NCBI GenBank assembly: GCA_042217365.1
Contig: JBDGST010000082.1
Coordinates: 1 to 33,472 of the forward strand
DNA length: 33,472 nucleotides
Direction of reading: 5' to 3'
Origin: Haloarculaceae archaeon
Lineage (GTDB): Archaea > Halobacteriota > Halobacteria > Halobacteriales > Haloarculaceae
Positions 9,140 through 17,539 of this stretch are shown here, in pieces (position 1 is the first letter of the stretch; each line of letters begins with the position of its first letter). The position numbers and the translations under genes are program-made. Under the pieces are notes generated by a model. It made no database searches. It saw only the letters and a program-made list of their open reading frames with translations, and was not told the origin of the DNA.

Positions 9140-9766
9140 TCAGCACACCGGCTTCGGGTCGACGCCCATCGCGTCGAGCGCGTCGGCGTACGCGTCGTAG
9201 GCGGCGTCGACGACGGTTTCGGCGGCGTCCCGCGCGGCTTCCCAGTCTTGGTCGCCCTCACAGACCGTTTCGAGGAGCGCGGCGCCCGCCTCGACCTGGT
9301 CGTTCGCGTCCGCCCGCAGGTCCCGCGCGAGGTCCGCCCGGCGCTCGTCGGCCTCGTTGACGAAGAAGTTCACCACCTGCAGCCGCGTCCGGTCACAGAC
9401 CAGGCCGCGGCCGACGAGCGCGCCGGCCCTGGCGGGCGTCCCGCTCGCCGACGCGAGCGCGTCTCCGAGGGGGTCCTCCGGCTCAGTTTCGGGCTCGCCA
9501 TCGAGTTCGGCCGCGACCCGCTCGTAGTGCTCGCGCTCGGTCTCGGCCGCGGCCGCGAACGCCTCCGCCGTCGCGCCGTCCGCGTCGTCGGCCCACGATT
9601 CGAACGCTGCCCGACCGTCGGCGGCGGTCCTGGCGACCGATTCCAGCACCGGGCTCGCCGACAGGTCCGCGCCGGTCGCGGCGATCAGGTACTTGTCCGA
9701 GCCCAGGCGGCCGAGTTCCGTCGCCGTTTCGTCCTCGACCGCCTCGACGAACGCCGGTCCGTCCAT
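9140..9766 (-). CDS. Ferritin-like / rubrerythrin-family protein (tentative)
   Basis: Start taken at MDGPAFVEAV (the track ORF begins at an upstream TTG). ExxH-type motifs (ETEREHYERV, VNEADERRADL) suggest a di-iron four-helix bundle. Identification by eye only; start coordinate +/-1. Confidence 0.4.
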   Translation of the reverse strand: MDGPAFVEAVEDETATELGRLGSDKYLIAATGADLSASPVLESVARTAADGRAAFESWADDADGATAEAFAAAAETEREHYERVAAELDGEPETEPEDPLGDALASASGTPARAGALVGRGLVCDRTRLQVVNFFVNEADERRADLARDLRADANDQVEAGAALLETVCEGDQDWEAARDAAETVVDAAYDAYADALDAMGVDPKPVC

Positions 9767-9932
9767 GCCCACACGTTCGGTCGTCGAGGGCTTAGCTGTG
9801 GGGGAGCGCGAGTCGCGCTGCCCGCGAGTCGCGGCCGATCGGAACCGTGGTGGGTGATTATCAACCCCAATAATCGGGGGCGAGATATATACGCTAGTTT
9901 CACTCGATAGCGTGTAGCGAGAGTCGACAAGC

Positions 9933-10262
9933 ATGCTAGAAGCGCTCGACCCCCACAAAGTCGTCCTGCCGATAATCGCACTGATCGGGCTCGTGCCAGT
10001 GGTACTGCACTACCGGGCGGAGTCCCGGTGGTTCGTCGTCGGCTACCTGCTTTTGGTCGTCGCGACGCTGGCGACGAACCTGGAGAGCCTGTTCCTCGGG
10101 GGGATCCTCAACTACGTGGAACACGTCGTGGGGTTGCTGGGGGCGGGCATCGCGTTCCTCGCGGCGGGGTACGTCCGGCGGCGCCGGGTCGTCGGCGGGG
10201 GCGGCGACCCGGACGAGGAGGTACCGGAGGCGACAGCGACTGACGGCGGGGTGGGTCGATGA
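9933..10262 (+). CDS. Small 3-TM membrane protein, translationally coupled to the downstream transducer
   Basis: 109 aa with three hydrophobic helices. TGA overlaps the transducer ATG (ATGA at 10259-10262). TATA-like GATATATAC at 9884-9892. Confidence 0.55.
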   Translation: MLEALDPHKVVLPIIALIGLVPVVLHYRAESRWFVVGYLLLVVATLATNLESLFLGGILNYVEHVVGLLGAGIAFLAAGYVRRRRVVGGGGDPDEEVPEATATDGGVGR

Positions 10263-11845
10263 ACCCCGTCATCGTCGCCGTCGACTTCCTCGCGGTCGTC
10301 GCGTTCGGCGCCGCGGCCGCGGTCGGCGTCCGGACGTACCTGGACACGACGCTCGAGTCCGGGTTCTGGGCGAACTTCACGTTCGCCGCCGGACTCGGCT
10401 TCCTCTGGACCGGCGTCGTGTTCCTGGAGTGGCTCGGCGTCGCAGGGGCGGTGATGGACGCGCTCGGGACGTCGCTGCTGGCGGTCCTGATCGGCGTCGT
10501 CGCCATCAGTTCGACCGGGACCATCGCCACGGTCGAGGACCTCAAGACGGCCCGGGGAGACGCCCAAAAGCGCCGGCGGGAGGCCGAGAGCCAGCGCGAG
10601 GAAGCCGAAGACGCCAGGGCGAGCGCCGAGGAAGCCAGACAGGAGGCCGAGCGGGCGAAAGCCGAGGCCGAGGAGCTGAACGACCACCTCAGGGAGAAGG
10701 CGGACGCGTTCAGCTCGGCGATGAGCGCCGCGGCGGACGGGGACCTCACCCGGCGGATGGACCCCCAGAGCCGCACGGAGGCGATGACGGCGATCGCCGA
10801 GAGCTTCAACGAGATGATGGCCGAACTCGAACGGACGGTCGCGGGCATCCGCTCGTTCGCCGACGAGGTCGCGACCGCCAGCGAGGAGGCGGCCGCCAGC
10901 GCTGGCGAGTCACGCGACGCCAGCGAGGACGTCAGCGAGTCCGTTCAGACGATCTCGGCGGACGCCGACAAACAGTCCGAGAGCCTCGGCGAGGTCACCT
11001 CCGAGATGCAGAGCCTCTCGGGCGCCATCGAGGAGGTCGCGTCGTCCTCCGACGAGATCGCGTCGACGGCGGGGGACGCGGCCGACCTCGGGGAATCGGG
11101 CCGGGAGGCGGCTACCGACGCGATGGACGACATGGCCGACATTCAGGACAAGTCGACCCAGACCATCGACAGGGTCGAGTCCCTGACCGAGGAGATGGAC
11201 GAGGTCGGCGAGATCGTCTCGCTGATCACCGACATCGCCGAGCAGACGAACATGCTGGCGCTGAACGCCTCGATCGAGGCCGCCCGCGCCGGCGAGGCCG
11301 GCGAGGGGTTCGCCGTCGTCGCAGACGAGATCAAGGGCCTCGCCGGCGAGGCCGCCGAGGCGACCGAGGAGATCGAGGCCATGCTCGCGGACATCCAGGA
11401 GTCGACGGACGCGACAGCCGAGGACGTGCGCGAGATGGACGACCGCGTCTCCTCCGGCGCGGAGACGATCCAGGAGGCCCTCGACGCCATCGACGACATC
11501 GCGGCGAGCGTCGACGAGGTGAACCGGAGCATCCAGGAGATAAACGACGCGACCGACGACCAGGCCAGTTCGACCGAGGAGGTCGCGAGCATGATCGACC
11601 GGGTAGCCGAAACAGCCGACAGCATCAGTTCGGAGTCGAGCAACGTCTCGGCCGCCGCGGAGGAACAGACGGCGTCTCTCTCGGAGGTGTCGAACAGCGT
11701 CGAGTCGCTGAGCGAACGGTCGGTCGCCCTCCGGGACCGCCTCGAACAGTTCACGCTGGACGAGGACGACGCGGCGGTCGTCGGTTCGTCCGCCGACGCC
11801 ACGCCCGTCACGACGGCCGACGGCGGTCGGCCGACCGACGACTGA
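10259..11845 (+). CDS. Methyl-accepting chemotaxis transducer (haloarchaeal Htr-type MCP)
   Basis: Two N-terminal TM helices, HAMP-like region, long methyl-accepting coiled coil with MCP signalling signature EQTNMLALNASIEAARAGEAGEGFAVVADEIKGLA. Stop codon TGA is the first 3 nt of MITE-like copy 2. Confidence 0.85.
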   Translation: MNPVIVAVDFLAVVAFGAAAAVGVRTYLDTTLESGFWANFTFAAGLGFLWTGVVFLEWLGVAGAVMDALGTSLLAVLIGVVAISSTGTIATVEDLKTARGDAQKRRREAESQREEAEDARASAEEARQEAERAKAEAEELNDHLREKADAFSSAMSAAADGDLTRRMDPQSRTEAMTAIAESFNEMMAELERTVAGIRSFADEVATASEEAAASAGESRDASEDVSESVQTISADADKQSESLGEVTSEMQSLSGAIEEVASSSDEIASTAGDAADLGESGREAATDAMDDMADIQDKSTQTIDRVESLTEEMDEVGEIVSLITDIAEQTNMLALNASIEAARAGEAGEGFAVVADEIKGLAGEAAEATEEIEAMLADIQESTDATAEDVREMDDRVSSGAETIQEALDAIDDIAASVDEVNRSIQEINDATDDQASSTEEVASMIDRVAETADSISSESSNVSAAAEEQTASLSEVSNSVESLSERSVALRDRLEQFTLDEDDAAVVGSSADATPVTTADGGRPTDD

Positions 11846-11957
11846 TAGTGATTACTGCGAGTCTTTACCGCCGTGATGGCCCCGATCGGTGATGGTGGCC
11901 GCTAAACCGGCGTCTCTCGACACCCTTCCTGAAATCAGTCGCAGTAATCACTATGAG
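11843..11957 (+). mobile_element. MITE-like 110-bp palindromic element, copy 2
   Basis: Same TIRs as copy 1 and 5 mismatches over 115 bp. Same orientation, 3.87 kb downstream of copy 1. Begins with the TGA stop of the MCP gene and ends ...CACTATGAG. Confidence 0.7.
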
Positions 11958-12011
11958 CGCGCGTTGTGCGCCGACGGGCTCCTTAACCCCGCCGGGCTCC
12001 TACGGGCGTGC

Positions 12012-13208
12012 ATGGCAGACGTCGACCCGCCGAGCGTCACGCCGGCACGGCTCCAGGAGCGGATCGACGCGGGCGACCCCGTCAGGGTGCTCGACCTCCG
12101 CAACCGGGACGAGGTCGAGCGCTGGCGGCTCTCCGGCCCATCGGTGACGGTCTCCCAGAAGCCCAACGCCCGGTTCATCCAGGCCCGCGTCACCGATTCC
12201 GTCGAACAGTTCGTCGCCGACGTCGACGGCGAGGGGCCGATCACCGCGGTCTGTGCCCGCGGCGAGGCGAGCGCCGACGTCGCGGCGACGCTGGTCGAAC
12301 GCGGGTACGACGCCCGCAACCTCGCGGGCGGGATGGAGGCGTGGGCCCGCCTCCTGACGGCGACCGAAATCGCCGACGGGGCGACCGAGAGCGCATCCCC
12401 GGGGGACGCGAGTGGCTCCGGCGCGACGGTCGTCCAGTACCGCCGGCCCGCGAGCGGCTGTCTCGGGTACGCCGTCTACGCCGGCGGCGAGGCGGCGGTC
12501 GTCGACCCGCTACGAGCGTTCGCCGACCGGTACGTCGCCGACGCCCGCGAGCGCGGCGCGTCCATCGAGTACGCGGTCGACACGCACGTCCACGCCGACC
12601 ACCTCAGCGGCGTCCGCGCCCTCGCCGGGGCGACCGGGGCCGAACCGGTCCTACCGGCGGCCGCCGCCGACCGCGGGGCGACGTTCGACGTGACGACCGT
12701 GACCGACGGCGACGCGCTCGCAGTCGGGGACTCGAACCTGACGGCGGTCGCGGCGCCCGGCCACACCACGGGGATGACCGCCTTCGCGGTCGGGGACGTC
12801 CTGCTGACCGGCGACAGCCTCTTCGTCGAGAGCGTCGCCCGGCCGGACCTCGAACGGGGCGCCGACGGCGCCCGCGCCCTCGCGCGGGACCTCTACCGGA
12901 CGCTGACGGAGCGCTTCGCCCGGTTTCCCGACCGAACGCTCGTCGCCCCGGGTCACCACGGCGACGGGGCGACCCCGGACGGCGACGGCGCCTGCGTCGC
13001 CCGGCTGGGCGACCTCCGCGGAACCCGCCCGTTCTCGATGTCCGAAGCGGCGTTCGTCGACTACGTCACCGGCGACATGCCCCCGCGCCCGGCCAACTTC
13101 GAGCGGATAATCGCCGTCAACCTCGGCCGGGAGTCGGTCGACGCCGACGAGGCGTTCGAACTCGAACTCGGCCCGAACAACTGCGCGGCCGCGGCCGCTC
13201 CCGAGTGA
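12012..13208 (+). CDS. Rhodanese-domain / metallo-beta-lactamase-fold fusion protein
   Basis: Start ATG 12012 (MADVDPPSV...). N-terminal rhodanese-like module (LDLRNRDEVERWRL ... AVCARGEAS with active-site Cys) followed by an MBL fold (THVHADHLSG, APGHTTG, GDSLF). The track's 11889 start begins inside the MITE and is unlikely. Confidence 0.75.
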   Translation: MADVDPPSVTPARLQERIDAGDPVRVLDLRNRDEVERWRLSGPSVTVSQKPNARFIQARVTDSVEQFVADVDGEGPITAVCARGEASADVAATLVERGYDARNLAGGMEAWARLLTATEIADGATESASPGDASGSGATVVQYRRPASGCLGYAVYAGGEAAVVDPLRAFADRYVADARERGASIEYAVDTHVHADHLSGVRALAGATGAEPVLPAAAADRGATFDVTTVTDGDALAVGDSNLTAVAAPGHTTGMTAFAVGDVLLTGDSLFVESVARPDLERGADGARALARDLYRTLTERFARFPDRTLVAPGHHGDGATPDGDGACVARLGDLRGTRPFSMSEAAFVDYVTGDMPPRPANFERIIAVNLGRESVDADEAFELELGPNNCAAAAAPE

Positions 13209-13278
13209 TCACCGTAGTTCGGGGGTGTCGGGACTGGCTGAGGGTCGGGGGGTGTCGTCCCGTCGGGATCGCCCGCCT

Positions 13279-13572
13279 TCAGAACGGGAACCGGTCGCGC
13301 AGCCAGTCGCCGATCGACGTCCCCTCGTCCGGGTCGACGGGGCCGACGACGCCGTCCTCCGGGCGGATCACCGTCCGCTCGGCCTCTTCGGTCGCCTCGA
13401 TGAGGCCGTCGGCCTTCAGGTCCGCGAGCGCGTCCTCGAGCGTGTCGATGTCGACGTCGACCTGCGACCGGAGTTCGAAGACGGTCATGCCCTCCTCGCG
13501 CCGGTCGGCCAGCGCGTCGAGCACCGCGACCTCGGTGTCGTCGCGGTCCCGAAACTCCGGCTTCGCTCTCAT
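13279..13572 (-). CDS. Small winged-helix DNA-binding protein (97 aa)
   Basis: Start ATG 13572 (MRAKPEFRDRDDTEVAVLDALADRREEGMTVFELRSQVDVDIDTLEDALADLKADGLI), an HTH plus wing pattern. The longer 153-aa ORF N-terminus is low-complexity. Confidence 0.5.
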   Translation of the reverse strand: MRAKPEFRDRDDTEVAVLDALADRREEGMTVFELRSQVDVDIDTLEDALADLKADGLIEATEEAERTVIRPEDGVVGPVDPDEGTSIGDWLRDRFPF

Positions 13573-13748
13573 AGTCGCCCGTTCGAGCGGACAGGTCTTG
13601 TGCTTATCCCTCGGCGTCGGGCGGTCCCGCGGCCCGGACCGTGCGACTCCGCCGTCGCCGCTCGCCCGCTCCGCTCCGGCCGCGGCTGTCGACTCCACTG
13701 TCTCGACGAACGACGGCCGTAACCGCCCTGCCTCGCGCAAGCAGTACG

Positions 13749-13756
13749 CTTATAGT
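13749..13756 (+). promoter_or_regulatory. TATA-like box (CTTATAGT), ~28 nt upstream of ATG 13780, consistent with a leaderless transcript
   Basis: AT-rich hexamer in otherwise GC-rich DNA at the canonical archaeal -27/-28 spacing from the start codon. Confidence 0.4.
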
Positions 13757-13779
13757 GCGCAGGAGGTCATGACTTGACA

Positions 13780-14706
13780 ATGAGTCTCAAGTGTTCGCTC
13801 CTGGGTCACAGCTTCGGCGAGACGACCGTCGAGCGCGAACGCGAGGAGGAGGGCTCCGAGGTCGTCATCACCATCACGGAACTGGAGACGTGCACCCGGT
13901 GTGGCGAGACGCGCGTCGTCTCCGAGAACAAGGAGGTGACGGCGCTGGAGGCGCACGGCGAGGGGCCGGCGACGGACGCGGCCGCCGGGGCCACCGGCGG
14001 GCCGCCGGGCGAGAGCGGTGGGACACACCCCGCTGTGGACCCCGATGCCGACGTCGAGTCCGGCGATCCGGAGTCGGCCGACGAGCCCGACCGGACTGAC
14101 GACGCCGAGATCCTCGGCGACGACGGCACCGAGGGGTCCGCACAGGCCCAGGCCCGCTCGGAACCGACGAATATCCCGGACGCCGAGGGGGGCGAGGCGT
14201 CCGCGGGGAAGGACGTCCAGGCCGGAGAGGAGGACGCGGTCATCATCGACGCCGAAGAGGGGGAGGAAACGCGCGCCGGACCGGACCAGGCTGACGCCGG
14301 AGAGTCGGAGGAAGACGCCGGGGCGTGGCCGGAGAGCGAGGACGGGACGGAGGAACCCGCCGGCGGCAACGGCGACGCGGAGCGCGTCGCTACCGACGTG
14401 ACGGGCCCCTCCGAAGGGGGTCGGACTCCGGGCGCCTGGCCCGAGGAGGACGACGACGCGGACGCCGGGGACGCGGCGATGGACGAGTGGCCCGAGGAGA
14501 CGAAACGCGACGTGGGGGACGAGGGGGACGCCGGCCCGGCCATCGACGAGACCACCTCCGAGGCCGTCACCGTCCCCGAGGGGATGTACAAGTGCTCGGA
14601 GTGTGGGTTCACGACCGAGGTCGAGTCGTCGTCGCTCCGGGCCGGCGACTTCTGTCCGGAGTGTCGCCGGGGGACGCTCGTCCAGCGCGAGGACGCCGGG
14701 TCGTAG
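13780..14706 (+). CDS. Highly acidic zinc-ribbon protein (N- and C-terminal C4 ribbons)
   Basis: ATG 13780 (MSLKCSLLGH ... CTRCGE) and C-terminal YKCSECGF ... FCPECRRG. The central ~200 aa are D/E/G/A-rich and disordered-like. The track's 13774 start is a TTG. Confidence 0.55.
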   Translation: MSLKCSLLGHSFGETTVEREREEEGSEVVITITELETCTRCGETRVVSENKEVTALEAHGEGPATDAAAGATGGPPGESGGTHPAVDPDADVESGDPESADEPDRTDDAEILGDDGTEGSAQAQARSEPTNIPDAEGGEASAGKDVQAGEEDAVIIDAEEGEETRAGPDQADAGESEEDAGAWPESEDGTEEPAGGNGDAERVATDVTGPSEGGRTPGAWPEEDDDADAGDAAMDEWPEETKRDVGDEGDAGPAIDETTSEAVTVPEGMYKCSECGFTTEVESSSLRAGDFCPECRRGTLVQREDAGS

Positions 14707-14967
14707 CCCTCCCGCCTCTCCCCGAGGCTTCTGTCTTCGTTCGCGGCCCCGGGAGTTGCCTCCCGGTTTCGACTTTTCGGGGGAACTCCCGTCCGTCTCT
14801 TCCCACCGGGTGTCACCGGTCCGTTCGAACCCGGGACGTTGCTCGGCGTCCTCGACGGCGTCAGCCCGCTCAGAGACGCGTCCGCGGCCCGCTCGCCCGA
14901 CGGCGGACGGGCGGCGGGTTCGGCCGCCCTCGAAAAACGTAAGAGCGGCGCTCGCAAATGGCCGCCC

Positions 14968-15360
14968 ATGCGGGAGTACAAGATGCGCCGTGGCGAGCAC
15001 CTCCACGAGCGCGTCGAGGACATGGAGGAGACGGTCGAGGACTACTTCGGCCCCGTCACCGGTACCGAGGAGTACAAGGGCAGCGAACTACTGGTCGTCG
15101 GGGACCCGGACAACCCGGTCTTCGAACGCATCGTCGTCGGCGCCGTCGAGTACAGCGGCAAGAAGGACAAACTCGCGGTCGAGTTCGAGGAGCGACCGGC
15201 CGAGGAGGTCATCGCCGAGGGGAACGCCGACGCCGCTGCCGACGCCGTCGACGTGAAGAACGACTTCCTGCTGGAGGCGACCGCCCGGGACGCCATGAGC
15301 CGCCGCGAATCGATGAAACGCGCCGTAGAGGACAGCCCCGACGCGGCCGACGAGGTCTGA
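14968..15360 (+). CDS. Conserved hypothetical acidic protein (130 aa)
   Basis: ATG 14968 (MREYKMRRGEHLHERVEDMEETVEDYFGPVTG ...), high GC3, no recognisable motif. Confidence 0.45.
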   Translation: MREYKMRRGEHLHERVEDMEETVEDYFGPVTGTEEYKGSELLVVGDPDNPVFERIVVGAVEYSGKKDKLAVEFEERPAEEVIAEGNADAAADAVDVKNDFLLEATARDAMSRRESMKRAVEDSPDAADEV

Positions 15361-15585
15361 TTGTGGTCGGTGGAGACCGTTTCCGGATCGCGCCGACCCC
15401 CGGGGACGGCACGTACCGGTGAATCGCTCCAACAGTCACGATAACTGGTTCTGCCCATCCGGGTCCCGGAACGACCGGCGCGCAGTCCCGACGCCGCGGC
15501 CGACGCGAACACCGGCAGCCGACGGAATCCGCGCACTGTCGGCTGTAACTTCCTGATACTGTCGGGTGTGACTTCGTAACGATAT

Positions 15586-15605
15586 CCGCCACCCCGGGGT
15601 GGCGG
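15586..15605. repeat. Perfect 20-bp palindrome CCGCCACCCCGGGGTGGCGG in a 424-bp gene-free interval
   Basis: Exact reverse-complement symmetry. Sits in the intergenic region 15361-15784 that has no convincing ORF. Confidence 0.6.
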
Positions 15606-15784
15606 AATTCTCGACAGGCTCACAGTCGATAGTACCACAGCCCACCCCTCGCGGGGGAACTCGCCCCGGGCCGTGGGTCCCAGCCACGGACTCCCGTCCG
15701 CGGGCCCGGGGATACGAGCCGGGGGAAGCCCGCCGCTGGGGGAGTTGCTGTGGGGAGAAAACGTCTCGGCGCCGCGCCGGGTCG

Positions 15785-15979
15785 TTACTTACGCGTCAGG
15801 TTCGTCGCGCGCGGGCCCTTCTGGGCCTGCTCGATGTCGAACTCGACCGCCTGTCCCTCTTCGAGGTCCGGACCGCCGACGTCTTCCATGTGGAAGAACA
15901 CGTCCTCGTCCGCGTCCTCAGTCGAAATGAAACCGTAGCCGCCGGTGTCGTTGAAGAAGTCAACTTCGCCTTCTGCCAT
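15785..15979 (-). CDS. cspA: Cold-shock protein (CspA family, 64 aa)
   Basis: MAEGEVDFFNDTGGYGFISTEDADEDVFFHMEDVGG ... Cold-shock domain RNP1/RNP2 motifs (GYGFI, VFFH). Start at ATG 15979; the longer track ORF has a spurious N-extension. Confidence 0.9.
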   Translation of the reverse strand: MAEGEVDFFNDTGGYGFISTEDADEDVFFHMEDVGGPDLEEGQAVEFDIEQAQKGPRATNLTRK

Positions 15980-16235
15980 TGCCTTTGTCCGGACGAGCAG
16001 GGCACGGATAAGCCTTCCGAGAGCGCCGGGGCCACGGGACGCGGTACCGTGCAACCCGGTCCAGACGGGGCGCCATCGCCCCGACCCCGGGAGTCGGTAC
16101 TGTCACGGCCCCGAGAGTTGACGCCGCGCCGGCCCCGGGAGTCAGCGCCGTTCCGGCGTTCCGGACCGGCCACCTCAGCCGAGAGAACCGACTCCCGGAC
16201 GGGGATTTTTACCGGCGCGCGTCCAAGTTCGGCCG

Positions 16236-16988
16236 ATGAGTACGGACGAGGAGTCGCTGTACGTGGGGGTCGACTGGGCGGGCGAGTCGTGGGTCGCCGT
16301 CGCGTTCGACCGTTCGGGGTTCCACGAGGCCGCCGTGTTTCCCGGGATCGGCGACCTCTGGGTGCACTACGAGGAACGCGCGGAAGCCGTCCTCGTCGAC
16401 GTGCCGGTCGGTCTCGTCGACGAGGGGGACCCGGTCCGGGCGTGCGACGAACTGGCGCGGGAGGTCGTCGGTTCGCGCGCGAGCGCCGTGACCACCCCGC
16501 CGGTCAGGGAAGCGACGCGCAAGCGCCGCTATCCCGCGGCCAAGCGGGTCAACGAACGCAAGGGCGGCCGCGACCTCTCGAAGCAGGCCTTCGCCATCAG
16601 CGACGGGATCGCCGCGGTCGACGAACTCCTCCAGAACGTCCCCGAAGCCCGGCAGGCGTTCGCCGAGTCCCACCCCGAAGTCTGTTTCCGCGCGTTCGCG
16701 GGCGAGCCCCTCGACCACTCCAAGCGCGTTGCCGCCGGCTACGCCGAGCGGATGCGGACGCTCGCCGGACACGACAGGGACGCCCCGCCCGCGGTCCAAG
16801 CCGCCGCCGAGGCCACCGCCGGCCACGAAGTCGCCGTCGACGACGTGCTCGACGCGATGGCCCTGGCCTACACCGCCCGCCCCGGGCCCGGGGACCTCCG
16901 TTCGCTCCCCGCGGACCCGCCCACCGATTCCGAGGGCCTGCCGATGCGGATCGTCTACCGCGCCGCCGAGCCCCTGGTCGAGGAGTGA
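16236..16988 (+). CDS. DUF429-family protein (predicted RNase H-like nuclease)
   Basis: N-terminal LYVGVDWAGESWVAVAFD (GxDxA motif of DUF429) plus conserved HPEVCFRAF block. Confidence 0.65.
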   Translation: MSTDEESLYVGVDWAGESWVAVAFDRSGFHEAAVFPGIGDLWVHYEERAEAVLVDVPVGLVDEGDPVRACDELAREVVGSRASAVTTPPVREATRKRRYPAAKRVNERKGGRDLSKQAFAISDGIAAVDELLQNVPEARQAFAESHPEVCFRAFAGEPLDHSKRVAAGYAERMRTLAGHDRDAPPAVQAAAEATAGHEVAVDDVLDAMALAYTARPGPGDLRSLPADPPTDSEGLPMRIVYRAAEPLVEE

Positions 16989-17090
16989 CCGCGCCCCGGG
17001 AACTGTCGCCCCGCGGCGACGGAACCCGGAACCGTCGTTTGGCGGTCCCTACCGTCGCGGTATTCGGTGCGTAGGTACTGTCGGTGGCAC

Positions 17091-17100
17091 AATAGTTATT
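17091..17100 (+). promoter_or_regulatory. TATA-like box (AATAGTTATT), ~29 nt upstream of ATG 17125
   Basis: Only AT-rich decamer in the interval, at leaderless-promoter spacing. Confidence 0.35.
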
Positions 17101-17124
17101 CACTGCCGAGGTGTATTAGAGTCC

Positions 17125-17460
17125 ATGACAGATAGGACACTGACACACCAGCTCGTCCTCCTCGGCATCGCGGAGCTCCGCGAACAGGGAGAAACTCCGG
17201 CCCACGCGGGGGAGATCCGTCGAGTGTGTCGCGACAAACTCGACGGCGTCGACGGCGACCTCGTCGGGACGCCCACGGAAGCCGAGATAGCACGGGCGCT
17301 CAACGAACTCGAAGTCGACGGGCTCGTGGAGGGGATCCGCGGCGACCGCTCGGTCGCCGGCAAGGGTCGACCCGACTACGACCTGGCCGTCGACCCGACA
17401 GCCATCCACGACGAGATCACCGACGACGACCGCCTCGAACCGATCGCAAACCGGGGGTGA
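17125..17460 (+). CDS. Winged-helix transcription-regulator-like protein (111 aa)
   Basis: ATG 17125 (MTDRTLTHQLVLLGIAELREQGETPAHAGEIRRV ... ALNELEVDGLVEG), a PadR/MarR-like wHTH pattern. The track's 16729 start lies inside the previous gene. Confidence 0.5.
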   Translation: MTDRTLTHQLVLLGIAELREQGETPAHAGEIRRVCRDKLDGVDGDLVGTPTEAEIARALNELEVDGLVEGIRGDRSVAGKGRPDYDLAVDPTAIHDEITDDDRLEPIANRG

Positions 17461-17539
17461 CCCAGGTCGGAACGCGTCGCCTCCCTCGTCAATTGCGTCG
17501 TCCCCCTCGCCGCCCGCGCCGGTGACGCGACCGGCGGGA

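Noticed and set aside
7971-11957. Considered whether the two identical-orientation repeats with intervening sequence could be a CRISPR-like array or a composite transposon.
   Set aside because: There are only two copies, 3.8 kb apart, the units are 110 bp with terminal inverted repeats, and the spacer-size 'cargo' contains ordinary genes. No cas genes or transposase are present. Kept only as a MITE-like pair and a weak recombination hypothesis.
14800-14835. GTTCGAACCCGGG resembling a tRNA T-loop.
   Set aside because: No matching acceptor stem, D-arm (GG ... AGTGG-type) or anticodon arm could be assembled from the surrounding sequence. No other tRNA-like signatures were found in the window.
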